Positions 38,613 to 51,588 of a stretch of 64,000 bases of DNA are shown here, in pieces. Numbering within the stretch: position 1 is the stretch's first letter; each line of letters opens with the position of its first letter. The stretch covers positions 16,926,001 to 16,990,000 of the forward strand of contig OZ249440.1 in assembly GCA_965235115.1 (NCBI GenBank), given 5' to 3'. This DNA is from Laetmonice hystrix. Taxonomy: Eukaryota. The notes under the pieces were generated by a model that saw only the letters and a program-made list of their open reading frames with translations, did no database searches and was not told the origin of the DNA. The translations under genes were made by a program, and so were the position numbers.

Positions 38613-40820
38613 TTGAAGTCCCCCCCCCCCCCCCCCAAAAAAAAAAAGGTGGAGACACCATACTCCACACTGGCACGCGCCTTTGGATCCTGCAGACCCT
38701 AATTCATCCCTTGTTGTATTACAACTCATTACTGCCAGGTTTCTGGGGGACACTGCCTGGCAGGGGCAGCACACCTGAATCTAACTACATGTACAGTCTT
38801 TCCATGCCTTCAGCCATCCATTCACCGAGGGCACTAACGTGACTACCTTCACCACCCACACTCTCACCCTAATCCCTACCCCCAATTTAATCCGATACTT
38901 GCCTCATGGGTTTAATTAGTTAATTTGCTGATCATCTGCCACATTAAGAAGAGGGGGATAAGATTGGAAGGGCCGTGAATGCGACACCTATACACGCTCT
39001 CTCCCACGTGCCGTGCATGATAATGCCGCAAGGCGACCTCCTCCCTCCTACACTAGCGTGACTGACTGCTCCACGCTTCCAATCCTCAAGCACTATCATC
39101 GCCCAACACAGCCGCCATTCTGTCGCATACTTTGTTTAACTCAAATGAAAAAGCATTTCGAAAACGAAACATAAACAAAATCAGTCATCATCTGGACAGA
39201 TGCATTGCTTATTTCTGTTTTCAACTTTCAACCAAATCTCTGCCATTATGTTGTATCCACAGCACCATTAAGCTGCACGTTGTCCTTCCGTTTAACGCCT
39301 GTCAAGGATGCATTTTGACCGGTACATTTGTATTTGTGTCAGGGGGAAAGATGCGTGCCGTTCACAGCAATGTCCGAGTGTCAAGTGGCGAGGGGGGTGT
39401 CGGGTTGACGGTGCCGGAGGGGTGACCCGGGGCCCGCTTCAGGCTGCTGCCATCTTCAGCTCCAGGGCATATCAGTGGCCCTTTGATTACTGAAGGCACT
39501 GAGGTCGACTGCCTCGAAGGGATACACCGATACGACAGAGTTAGGTGACCAAGCTGACAATTTCCATGTTAATTTTACTAAACGAAGATAATAACCTCGG
39601 ATCAAATGTGGCATGGCTGACGCTGTATGCCCATGTGATTGAGAGTGTGGCATCAAAGGCACGTGTCAATGGATGTCTCTATCCATACGGTCAGTCGGCC
39701 CATGCGGGCGGTAAAGTTGTCATTTGGGATTTCGACGGGGGTGGGGCCGTGTTATTACTTCATCCCAAGTCCACCACTGATGACGTCGTTGAAGCCACTA
39801 TCAAACGTTATTACCGGCCAAATCTACGCATCCGCCGTCTTGAAGCTTACTTTGTGCTGCTTCAGCACCATTGAGAAACCTCTGATGGTAATCCGCGAAC
39901 GTTTTGTATCGACTAGCACGGCGCCCAAAGTCCAGTAAACAGGATCGTGTATTGTCCGAACGACACCGACACGCCGCTGAGTTATTTGGTACAAGACCAC
40001 GAAGTTAATTTGTGCGCTGTCCGCCATGGCTCCTTGGCCTTTCTCCCTGGCTTATTAATAGGTGCTCAGTATTGATCTGTTACTGTTTGTTGAAAGCGGA
40101 GTCTGTCGGAATGACATTGATTAAACCGCCGTGAACGAGGCGGGGGCGGCGTAAGAAGTCGTGATGTTAGAGGTCGGCTGACGCCCGGCATGGTTGGGGC
40201 CCCAGCGTTAGCCGGTCCCCTTACCCCCGGCCCGGCAGCAAACCCCGGAGATTTGGGTGTCGAGCCGGTGGGTGGGGGTGAGGTGTCGGTCAGCGGACCG
40301 TGATTGGTGAAGGTGGAGATGGAGACGGATGGACTCGGCCCTCACTTCATCACGGAGAGTAGAGGACACGGTCACACCAAACTCGACCAGGCATTAATGA
40401 CCGCCGAGGTCACACACCCACCCGCCCCTCTAGAAGGACCTATGGCGAAAACATCATTGCCTCTGCCGGTGTGTACCACTCCATACGGCCACACAACCAC
40501 CCCCAGCCACACACACCAACGTGTCCAAACTCTTACCGCCAGATCCACAAGGCAACTTGTCCCTTGCATCTGTTCCAATAAACATCTGAACTGGTAGCAA
40601 ATTGCGAGATATCTAACATAACGACCCTCTCTTTGACCACCTTTCAGCAAATCTGTCCCAAGCAAATGACATTTAAACCGTAATGTATTTCCCCTACAAC
40701 AGCTATTGGATGGACTTTCTGGACTAGCCTGGTCCACAGCACGCATCACTGTTGGGTGATCCCATCTCAAGCCATCGCATCCACACCACGATCGTTACTT
40801 CAAATACATTGATTTATTGG

Positions 40821-41215
40821 CATCGTGCCATACCACAAGGTCCTTTATTGATTGAGATCAGGCCACATATGCTTGACAATCTTTATTTACTTTATTTATT
40901 TTCAGCCCCATTCTGTTTTTTAACTACATGTCTGCAAACATTTCAGACCTAGATTACAAATATGTGTAGAGTGATCCTAAATGGTATGAGACAAACAGCC
41001 TCAAGGCTAACCTGATCAATAACTTCATTCTCCTTGAACAAACTTCATAGATGAACAGAAGCCCTCTGACAAATATTACCACAGCCTCGCTCGTCCAGAA
41101 GTCAACGATAAATATTACACAACACTTGATTAAATTAAACATACCATTTCTGCTACATATGGGACATGTATGTGCATGTGGCCTAAGCCACAGAATCATT
41201 ACCTGGGCCTACAAT
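40821..41215 (+). mobile_element. Decayed CR1/L2-like RT fragment
   Basis: Ordered motifs IPQGPLL (40830), SANISDL...KWYETNSLKANL (40931-41014; compare WFxxNxLKxN) and YLGL (41200), with stops and frameshifts. Confidence 0.55.
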
Positions 41216-44200
41216 CTGGCCAATACATCATCCTCCATTCATGTATGTAAATTGCGTTTCCAATTATGGAGATTTATTATGGTGTAATGAGATTTGTCCA
41301 AAGACAATCCTAATTCAAGAAACCACGTTTTTCTCAATTAGTCGCCGCTTTCTTTTCCATTCACCATACATATTGGCCTTCAGTCACTTTAGTAATATTT
41401 TTTTCTCACGCTTCTATTATATACCAGGGTCAGTCCTCTCGAAGCAGCATCTTGGATTATGTATGTATGCAGCTTGGTTGAGCAGACCGGGCATACTACT
41501 ACCACTACGACCACTGGGCGCTGTCGTGGTAGTAGAAAGGCGCCAGCCCATGACCTGGTGGTGGTAGCTGGCAGCGTGCCAAGATGTTGGCTGGAGCTGA
41601 CCTACATATCAGTGCAGGGATCCCAACCAGCTCGCAAACCTCCCTGCAGGCTGGTCTCGGCGGCTGCTGTTACTGCTGCCCACCTTCACGTCTGCCTGCC
41701 TGCCTGCCTGCCAGACCTGAGACAGGTAGACGCGCAGGTATACATACGACTACACAGGCCACTTCAACAACGGCTGACTCAGCAAAGACTGTATTCTAAT
41801 TTTGGCCAAGGCTTTTGCATTAACTAAAAAAAATGACGCAATAATACTGTTTCTAGAACCACATGATGGTGATGCTCTGTATAGCACATTGACGCAGCAG
41901 CTACCAGCATCCATTTGAGTGCAATATGGGGCAGCAGAGTTCGTTGCCCGCAGAACCTGGATGTCTACAGCCACAAAACTAATGTACCGCCGGCCTGTAA
42001 TCCACACTTGATTCAATACGTCGGTGATCTAAGACTACACCGCTCAGGTCCCAGAAACATACCTCAGGATGTGGCGGCATTGGACGGTGAAGCCTCATCC
42101 AATCAGGCCCAGCCACTGGCCCCACCCACTCCAGGGTAGATGGGGGTGGGGGTGTCGGTTGGGGGTAAATATTGACATAACTGACCTAGTTATTGGACTC
42201 TTAAGAGCCGGCAATCAATACAACTAACACGCAGTTTAATGAGGGGGAAGATATTCAACAAGGAAGGGGCCTTGATTAGTACACACATCGCTTGCTCGGA
42301 TCAAGACAAGGCTTGGATTCCTGGAGACCTCAATCCTCCAGTACTGAAAACTACACCTGGAGGACGTGCCTCCATGGTGGAGGAGACCATGCCTTGGAGG
42401 ACAGAGGATTCCCATCCATCTTCTCTATTTCCCGTTCCCGTTCACTCCAGCACGAAGTGCCTGTCAATGTCATATGGAGCGAAACTCGGTGCAAACATTA
42501 ATGGGGTCATCTGGTGAACAAAACCTTACCAACACTGCCTGCATGTAATCTTAATTTCATTATCATTACCCGCGCCGTCAAATTCTACCTTGGAGGGGTG
42601 GGGAATGTTAGCATCTGTGAAAGGTATATAGTGAAACATTTGTAAACATACTATCATTCAATGCAAGTGAAAGTTATTTTGCTTGAACTCAACACACCAT
42701 ATCAGTTCCTGGCGTTGTTGTCACGCCTCAGGGCCTTGAGGGCCTCTTGAGGGCCTCGGATAACTGACCATACCCTAAATGAACTTTTCGCTGTCGACGG
42801 CCATCCGTCTTACAAGATTCTCAACTCTGACGGGATTATTATTCCTTCCGAAGAGATCGACTTGAAGCACTGTTGAAATATACCGACGGTAAATAAGGAA
42901 ATGCGGGGGCGAATCGTTGCCGACAGCTAGCGAATCGGGGAACGCGATACGTCATCATTAACTGCCGCAAATAAATTGCTTGTAATATGGGGGCGTAAAT
43001 AACCTGTTGTATATGGTACGTCAGCGATAAAAAAAAAGTCGGCGATAAAAAAAATACGACGAGTTTCCCCGGCCGACAGGTACACACATAAACCGGAGTT
43101 CTGATTGATAAGGATTCCCATTCCACGGAAATTTATGCTATTCTCTTGGTCAACTCAATCACTCAATCGCGATCTTCTTCTCGTAAATTTTCGAAAACAT
43201 TCGGTATTAATATTGATCCGACCAGGTAGATTGCCCACATGTAAAAGGTAGCAAAATGGCAAACTATGTTTGTCACGTCTCCACTGTTCTCGAAACTCGC
43301 CCCTGATCTGAATCGAGGAAGGCTGACTATAGCATGAAAATCAAATCAAACTGATTAAAGCCGTCAGAAACCGAAATGTAGGGGTCTTAAATCATGCAAT
43401 GACTGTCACTGACTCGCAATCTTCACACAATGTACATGCTACCAATCTCTTGTGATCGAGGGTGCCCCATACAAGTTTGTATTTTCTGGAGCCACTGGCC
43501 CGGCCCCGACAATGACCAGTATGCCATTTAGAAAGTCCATCCTACACCAACGAGTATTAAATACTATTATTCTATACTCGTTGCATGGCTCCATGGGGCG
43601 GTGCTGTGCATGTATTATATTACTGCCTATCCCCTAAGTTTCTGCTAAGGAAGAGGTCCTCCAATAGAAACCAAATAATATGGCATATAATGCAGTTTAA
43701 AAGAATATTAAGAAACTTCAGGAATGTCGTGCTGAGCATTATACCCTTGCGGATCTCACAGACATGCTCTGGATCATTCAATGGAACTTTTTGTGTAGCG
43801 GAACTTAGCAAATGTGGCACCAATCCGAGCCGTGACATGAACCGGCCCCTGTGCTGGGCCCTGGCCGACCCGGGACCCCGGCACACCATGGAACGTTATC
43901 TTCCCGACTCCATGGCCGCGTACCCCGCCGGCTGACCACCTCCAATCTGTGGGGCTCCACGCCCAATGTGATGATGCAACACCACCGTGTGCTCTCCATG
44001 CCCTCGGTTCAACCCCCTCCAAATTGTGCGCAGCCCAGGCCCAGCCCTGCATCGCTCTGATAAAATATTTGAGGACAGCCCATTGATAGCCCGTGTCAAT
44101 AATAGGTAATTTGTTATCCAATCCGGACTGGCGACGGCCGTGATGCGTGAAGAGCGTAGATGTCCCCGTGCCGCCGGAGGATGATTCCGGCGCCGCCTAC

Positions 44201-44218
44201 CAATCCAACAACCAATCC

Positions 44219-44581
44219 AACATCCCTGGATACCAACACCTCACCGGGCGACACCGGTCGGTTCGGGGGGGGGCACCACGGCCGGGGGGGGGGGGGCTGG
44301 GACCGGGCAACGCCTGCCACCGACCACACCCACACCCACACCCACATCAACATCCACACCCACACACCGGGTCGGTCGCTTCCACCCTCCCGGAAACACA
44401 GACCGGCTCTAACCCACGTCGGTCGACATCCAACCGGCACCTCGGAGCAAACCGAGAGATAATTGGTCGGATTTACCGTCATCCCCATGCAAACTCTGTC
44501 CACAAGGCTTCCACGGAATATAAACAAAGGATCGATGAATTGTCCTGCTTCATCATCCTTCCACCAGGCACTCTGGGAGAC
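44219..44581 (+). mobile_element. Decayed LINE AP-endonuclease fragment interrupted by a G run and a (CCACAC)n repeat
   Basis: One open frame has NIPGY..R..RGG...IIGRIYRHP...CFIIL....LGD, the motif order of CR1/L2 APE domains (IPGY, RGGG, IYRPP, LGDFN). Confidence 0.6.
44324..44366. repeat. (CCACAC)n hexanucleotide repeat
   Basis: ccacacccacacccacacccacatcaacatccacacccacac. Confidence 0.85.
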
Positions 44582-46798
44582 CCGGCACATCTGTACAGGA
44601 CTGCTTGATATTGCGGTACAAAATACCGGATTTAAATATTACATGTATTTTGAGACTTACTATACATGTGTACGTATATCAAGTTCATGAAAACTGGGCA
44701 TCCCGAACCATCTATGCCCGAACTAATATCATTATACTAGTATGTCATTAGTATGTTAGTCAGGTATCTCGAAGTTGAAAACGCACATGACACATTGTAA
44801 GTCAGCTGTACTTCGGTGCTATAATCAATGTCATACTGCGTATATCTTGTGTCGGAGTGATAATTAATATACAGACACCAAACTCAATGGCTTGGAGACA
44901 GGCTGGAGGGTATGTCCTCTAGAGATGACCTCCCACTCGGATGTCAAGTAACTCTCTGCATACATAACCATAAACAACGGCACGGTGACCAGACCCTGCC
45001 CAGACCCTGCCCAGACCCACAATCACCTGAGGCTGCGAGGCCGCACAGTGGACCAGTCTCCTTGTATACGCGTTACCTGTACCCGCGGCCCAACCATAGA
45101 TCTATGGCCCAACTGACCACTCATTACACTCACACTTACAACACCTACAGCGCCGGCCCCATAGTCATCTACCGCCCGACCCAGTGGTGGGCAGGATTGA
45201 GGTTAATATAGCCACCAGGTGTCACGTCGATCGGCGCCAGGTGTGGCCGTTATGGATGGCGGGGGTGGGGTGTAAATAGATGTGTACTTGGTCGCCGTCA
45301 ATACGTGTCACAGTCTCACTAAGACCACCCTCACTGACCACACTGACAACGGCCATTGCCCATTGGTAACATCCCTGACATATCAGGGGCTAGGGGCGGC
45401 TGGGGATGAGTTCGTGAGAGAGTCTGGTTACCGAAGAGTAGAGAGCTACAGCTCAAGGCGATTTCCGAATAACATATAGTTCAATCAATTAAACAGCTCG
45501 ACAGAATCTGAAATATCTAAGTGGCAGTATATCTGAATTATATTTATGGTGAAACCGTGGAGATCAGAACTGGTCCTACCAGGGGACGCCAGAGCACCTG
45601 GTAAATGCTGCCGAACAGATTCACTGGTTGTGAACTCTTGCACTGTCGCACACAGTTCTCTCAACGCATTCATCCATTATCCTTCACGATATGCATGGCT
45701 GCAGCGGCAGCATTCATTTCCCACCGACTTTTATTATTTAATCCCGGTTATCTGGGACCGATCGTAATTAGCGCCACCATCCAAACGTCTCATTGTGTCT
45801 ATGTGTGCATCTCAAGTTGATGTGATCCATTTTCATTGCGGCAGGTTTCACTTTATCTATGCCCACTGGCACCTCCCCCTCCCCCAGGCCGCCGCCCCCC
45901 AATCCTTCCATACCCAGTCCGTAGGCTCCAGGCGCCGCCACCTTCCCAGGGCCAACCTCTCATCTCATTATGGCTGACCTACATTTTCTACGTGCTGTTA
46001 TCTCCGGGTAATTCATTACACCACGTAGGGGTTAATTGACAGCCTACATTACCACCCATCAACTCCGATTTCAATTAAGAGTATTTTTATTGGGGGTTTA
46101 AAAGAAATTCGCCGTCTTAAGTCTCCAGATAATAGGTGGCTGTAAAGGACTCACCCTAAAAAAATCTTAGTGAGGTGGAAATTCTGTGACCCGGGCATGA
46201 CAGATACAAATGGCAAAAATAGGGCCAAGGCAACCCTATTTCAATATCAGCTAAAAGGACTGTTCTTGGTTTTACGCACAGACATCCTCTGAGAATCTTC
46301 TTTTTTTCTGTCTCTCATCGCCCACACATTCCAACAAGTCTACAGGCCCAAGGGCTTTACTAATTTGCAAATGCATTATTTTATGAGGCGGTGTACTGTT
46401 CTGGGAAGCAACAAGTGCACGGTCCGACTTACTACACTGTATGTGTATCTGTCATCGCTGTTTTATAGCTAACTTCATACCGACATTGTGTCTCCTCCGG
46501 CTCACAAAGAAACTCTCCAATGTTCCAAGTCCTATACACATGACTGCTGTTAATGTGATTACATAATTTGAGAAAATTAACAGTCTTTAAAAAAAACACG
46601 CTCCCAACTTCTCAAGCAAACGAAGCATCTTTCTGCTCAAATTACAGAAACGTTATTTCTATAAGAAAAACAATTAATCATGTGGACGTTTCAGGTGTCA
46701 GAATATTTATTAAGGCTTTTTTTCAAATGGAAAAATAAGAAAAGATGCGCCACCAGGACATGGCAGCTTCTTCCACAGGAAGTGCCACCTCAGATGGT

Positions 46799-46990
46799 AC
46801 CAGATGGTCGCCCTGTGTGAATAACCTCACAACTCACAGCCCTGTCCCTGGCCTCACATCCCAATGTCCCACGTCAGTCTGTACCACGTATTATCCAGAG
46901 TGTCACCCCGACCAGATGGCCGCCCTGTGTGAGTGATGTCACAACCTACAGCACTGTCCCTGGCGTCATGTCCCAAAGTCCCACCTTAGT
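46799..46990. repeat. Local duplication: two 80-bp ungapped copies with 112-bp period
   Basis: 46799-46878 versus 46911-46990, about 14 mismatches in 80 by manual comparison; both begin accagatggYcgccctgtgtga. Confidence 0.85.
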
Positions 46991-47475
46991 TCATGTCCCA
47001 TTCTCTATGCAACACGTCAGTATACTAAAGGTTAGGTTTCTGTGTGAGCATCATGGTCAGAAGAAAGAAGATACCCCAACTTGGGATGGCTAATATCTTG
47101 TCATGTTTGCGAGTTTATGCTTTTGTCATATCATAAATGAAATATAGTGTTACTGTTAACACCATAGCAGAGAAACAACAGATTCATATTTTTCATCAGC
47201 AGTGCGGGGATGTTGACAAAAACAAAGCTCATAGCCCGGCTGGGGTAACACAAACACCAATCTATTTATTCCCCGAACGTCAGGAGTACTTCACGAGAGC
47301 CACGCTTCCGTGTTGTGCGTCGTAAAGAAAAAAAATCAACATCTCTGGCACATGTCGCAACAAGGAAACAAGAATGAAGGCAACAAGAGACGTGATAGGG
47401 ATGGGAATGGCCCTTGGTTAGGCGGGAGATTGCGCTGAGGGCCTGAGTGTTCGGCGCTGATACCCACGGCTGATG

Positions 47476-47520
47476 GCCCACCGTGGGCCCACCGTGAGCC
47501 CATCGCTGGCCCACGATGGG
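47476..47520. repeat. 11-bp tandem repeat x4 (gcccaccgtgg-like), probable MITE-internal relic
   Basis: gcccaccgtgg gcccaccgtga gcccatcgctg gcccacgatgg. Similar GGCCCA/TGGGCC-rich patches occur near 16380-16420, 37045-37140, 48405-48460 and 50900-50950. Confidence 0.7.
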
Positions 47521-49985
47521 ACTATGCCGCCGCTATCCGGCCATCACACGACTACCAGTTGCATCCTTCGACTGTGATTAAACAACCGACTTTGGGTTAT
47601 CTTGCCTACTCAGGCCCGAGTACAGGCAGTCCAACCCGGCGCTCACAGTACCCGGTTTATACCGAAAATCTGCGCATCGTAATCAATCAAAAGAGACCGT
47701 GCTTTATTGTCCATCCTCTCTTCCCCCTCGATGGAGACGGGACAATATCCTATCGTTATGATATCCTCGGGGATTACCGAGTTAGTTTATCCCCGCTTTG
47801 CTCTACACGCTACTATTAAGATCATGTCGGTATGTATAAAGACAATCGCCGGATTTAAAGCTCTGAAATTCACAGCACCAGGAGGAAATAAAGATGTCAC
47901 CCACGTCCAGCCCTTATCATGTCATCGCAAGAGATTTTCTGGGATCGAAGAGCTCTAGATCACGATGTTCACGTGCAATCAGTGATGCCATGATCACAAT
48001 ACAAATATGTGAGTTAATTTCACTTTGCCTCCAGGAATTGGTATTGGACTTATCACCCACTGAAAGCTGCCCATCAATCTGCCTTTAGCATCGTCTTCCA
48101 CTGAGCTATTGTCCTGACGAAGCAAATTGAATAGGGGTGCATCTCTAGCGGGTTACAATAAAATAATCCCCTCCCTTTCGCCGATTCGGCAGGCAGGATT
48201 TGTTGGTGATGTTGTTCACCTTGGGCCTGATACTCTTTGAGCCTTGTGGATCGACATAAATCAGCTGTTTGATCACTGGGCCCCAGCGTCGGGGGCTCCC
48301 ACTGGCAAGTTCCGGGCCCAGATAGGGCAGCAGAACACATTACCACTAGTTTTATACCTTCCTGCCAAGTGGCAGAGGCGGGCGGCCTCCCCAACCAACG
48401 GGGACCGTGTCTTACATGTGGTATAGGCCAAGTGGGCACCCTCCACATCATAGGGGATCTACCCCAAGGGTATGGAGTGGGTGGGGATTTCTTACCTCGC
48501 AGTATTGTGTGGGGATACAACCCGGCGGGGCAAGGAGCACCACAACAAGCGCATACTCCACGCATCAACAATGATATGATTAGTGGTACTCCATGTTTGC
48601 GATTTAACCCTGGATGTCGTCAGTTAACATGGCCTTGTTCACTTTACTCTGATCACTCAATGCCAGAGGGTTCTTCTATAATGCCAGACACCAATGCAGT
48701 CTGCTCAAAGGCCAAACAACTAACATCTCTGTGAAGAGGAGCCCCCCACCCCCTCGAGATCGGCGCCTGGGGAAAATGACCGATAACGCTGCTAGGTAGT
48801 TTAACCGAGTTTTAACCAAAAGGGTGGTCAGGTAAGTATTTGGATGGCGACGTTAACAACCGAAGGAGAGTGGCATCTTCCATGACGTCAATAATATTAT
48901 GAAAAATTAAATCCTCATCACAATGACACAGACGTCAGACACTCTACTGTCTACTTGCCTGCCGTCCCCAACCACACAGCACTTCCTGCACAGAGGAAGC
49001 TGAATGCCTAAGTGACGCCGATGAAATGGATACATTGCTGGGGTCAGAGGCCGGGCCCAGGTGGCGCTGGTGTTCCGTGTGAGTTGCACACAGATTCTGC
49101 GCGGGGACAAGAACCCCCCCCCCCCCCCCCCCCCCCCAGGTGTAAAGTGTAGCTGTCCCAGTGGCGGCCTAACACGACACCCTCCTCACGCGCGCCGCTC
49201 GCCATGGTAACCGAGAGCCTTCCTTCCTCCGCATCCAATTTGCCACTGCACCTGCAGTGCCCTCTGTGAGTTGGAAACTGAATTAATCCTCTACCTTCTG
49301 CCTGATGGACTTCCGACGAAGGGAAGCAGACCTTGGCTCTACCTCCAACCCGGCCCACAGCTCAACCTTCCACGCATTGACATATGTCCTGCTGAAAGGA
49401 TCTAGTTTAAGGCACGACCACACCCCTCGCATATTGGCAGTATACACATTACAGGGCACTCAAGCCTCTAGGGCAGCGTTGCGCCACGCTCTGCTAAAAG
49501 CCTTCCTCAGTACCGGGGACAGGCTTTCTGTGATATGCACTTAAGTAATTGTAATGATGAATAACGCAGCATTGGGCTGATCGCCTTACGCCGCCAAGTT
49601 ATTTTCTCTGTTTGTCCCGACCAATATCCAGAACCCCAGAGACTGTTCATAGCTAGAGCACCTACTGGGGTGTGTTCTAACATGTTAATTATCAACTCCA
49701 GGTCGTCCTGACTATTACAATCAGGTCCGGCAGCTGCGGCACAGATCATTGCTGATAACTGGTGAATTATGGAAGCCTATCTATATTTAAAAAACGACCC
49801 TTTCGTGGAAAACCTGGTTGTTTCGTGTCATGGTCCGATGGCGGGAGATGAGGAGAGGCGCCGTCCTAGACTAGAAATCCAAGAATGGCGTGTTGCCTAG
49901 TGCCCCTCGCCATCAGGCTCCAATTTCCGTCCAGTCGACGGCCGGTCCGGTGGCCGTGCCCCTCGTGAGGTCCTCCGTATCTCGG

Positions 49986-50080
49986 CCCTCCTCCACCACC
50001 ACTTTCTGCTTCCCTTCCTCCTCCTCCTCCTGCTCCTCCTCCTCCCACTCCTCCTCCCCCACCGCGCCATCTCCTCCTCC
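49986..50080. repeat. Degenerate (CCT)n trinucleotide repeat
   Basis: cctcctccaccacc...tcctcctcctcctcctgctcctcctcctcccactcctcctcc; it explains the poly-E, poly-G and poly-S ORFs in the track. Confidence 0.85.
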
Positions 50081-50425
50081 ATAGTGAGCTTGCGTGCAGG
50101 CCAAAGTCTCTACATGCCCTTTTCATGATCCAGAAATTCCATAGCCATGGTAACCGTGCCTGTTGAGACGCGTGTTAAATATTGGGGGGCGTGTGTAAAG
50201 ACCTCTGGGCCATCTCGGTAAGCTGACAATCCGAGTTGTCCCACCGGGGGCAAACTCCACCCCCACCCCCTGGAAAATATTAATTATCGCCACATCTTGG
50301 GGTCTCAAAATGTTCATCTGACGCCCTCCTGATTATCATAGTTACTCAAAAGATGGCGATCACCCATCAGTTCGTGTCATCACTGGCGGCAGTGTGGAAT
50401 AGTATACCTTTGGGAACACCGGTCT

Positions 50426-50622
50426 CAAACATATGACCAGACTACGTCCATGGCGGTTCAAAGTTTTCGCAAATTCTTTTAAAATTTTACCAGTTGCTGG
50501 AAATTAGGAGAATTCGGGCAGGGTCCGGAAGTAAAATATGCCTGCCGGAAGTTGGCAATACCTACCGGAAGTTAACCATTGCTAGCGGAAGTCATCCAAG
50601 AACTTACTGAGTTTGCCCGTAA
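50426..50622. mobile_element. Dispersed non-autonomous repeat, copy 1 (contains a CCGGAAGT array)
   Basis: Shares aaacatatg.cc, ttttcgca(a)attctt.....attttacca and the end agaact...tgccc(g/t)taa with 54299-54588. Confidence 0.5.
50525..50592 (+). promoter_or_regulatory. Four ETS-type CCGGAAGT motifs at exact 20-bp spacing
   Basis: ccggaagt at 50525, 50545 and 50565, and gcggaagt at 50585; the spacers are divergent. Confidence 0.55.
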
Positions 50623-51588
50623 CAAAGAAGAGGCGAGGCAATCACTTGGCGACCGGACCGCCCCCCCCCCCCTCCCCCATAGATATAGCCGGGCGAGACG
50701 GGCGCCGGTCTATAGCGCCCGGTCAGGTCACTTAGTCAGCACCGCTGGTACGGCAGGTTTACACGTAATCTCTCTCCGACCCTACCATTGACAACGTCAC
50801 GTCAGTTAATCAGCATGCTTGCTTTTTCTTCTGGTTATGGCCCTGGTGTAGGAAGTACGCGCCCATCGCAAAGTGGGATTAACCGTGGGAAAAGAAGCAT
50901 CTGGGGCCGTGTTTGTCCATACCGGGGCTGCTCGTCCACATGGGCTGACCAACCACTCAGCACAAGGTCTGTTTGGGTCAGTCCCCTCAGCCCTTACCGG
51001 CATACTAGTACTACCAACCCACCATCAAACATTCATAGTCATCTGCCTTCTGTAAACATATCACACTTAGACACCAAAGCGAATCAAGATTCTGTTTTTC
51101 TCAGAGTTAAGCCGATGTCAAGAGTAACCAACTTCTCTTAGCTTCCGCATTTTGAAGAAATGTTTTAAGTAGTTTTGTTACGTGAAGCTATTGAGACAAT
51201 ATTCTCAACTCACATGGAGTCACCACATTGCAAAAATAACCATAACCTTTACAAAGTTCAGGATTCATAACATCTTTCCAGTTAAGCGTACTAACACTGA
51301 CAGAAATTCTTTGGATTGCCCTAACTCTTCTGACTACTAACCTTTCTGAAATAATTCTCCATTCGGAAGTGACAGTTATTGTGGGCGCAACGCGGCAGTT
51401 TTAAGGGGAATGACTATTTCATTTGAGAGCCGGCCAGCATAGGCCTACAATATCTATGCGCACCCACTGCTGTCTATTCCATCTGTTCATTTCCCAGATA
51501 TGTAATAGATTATATAATGCAACATTATATTGCACTCTGAGAGGGTCATGACAGCAGTCAATGTGTGTCTGTGTGTGGAAGGGCCATA

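Noticed and set aside
39861-39881. TTCAGCACCA REST/NRSE-like site
   Set aside because: Only the left half matches; the GGACAG half is absent.
43548-43583. 10-bp inverted repeat with a 16-nt loop
   Set aside because: One or two such stems are expected by chance in 64 kb.
49866-50126. Poly-E, poly-G and poly-S ORFs
   Set aside because: Translation products of the (CCT)n microsatellite.
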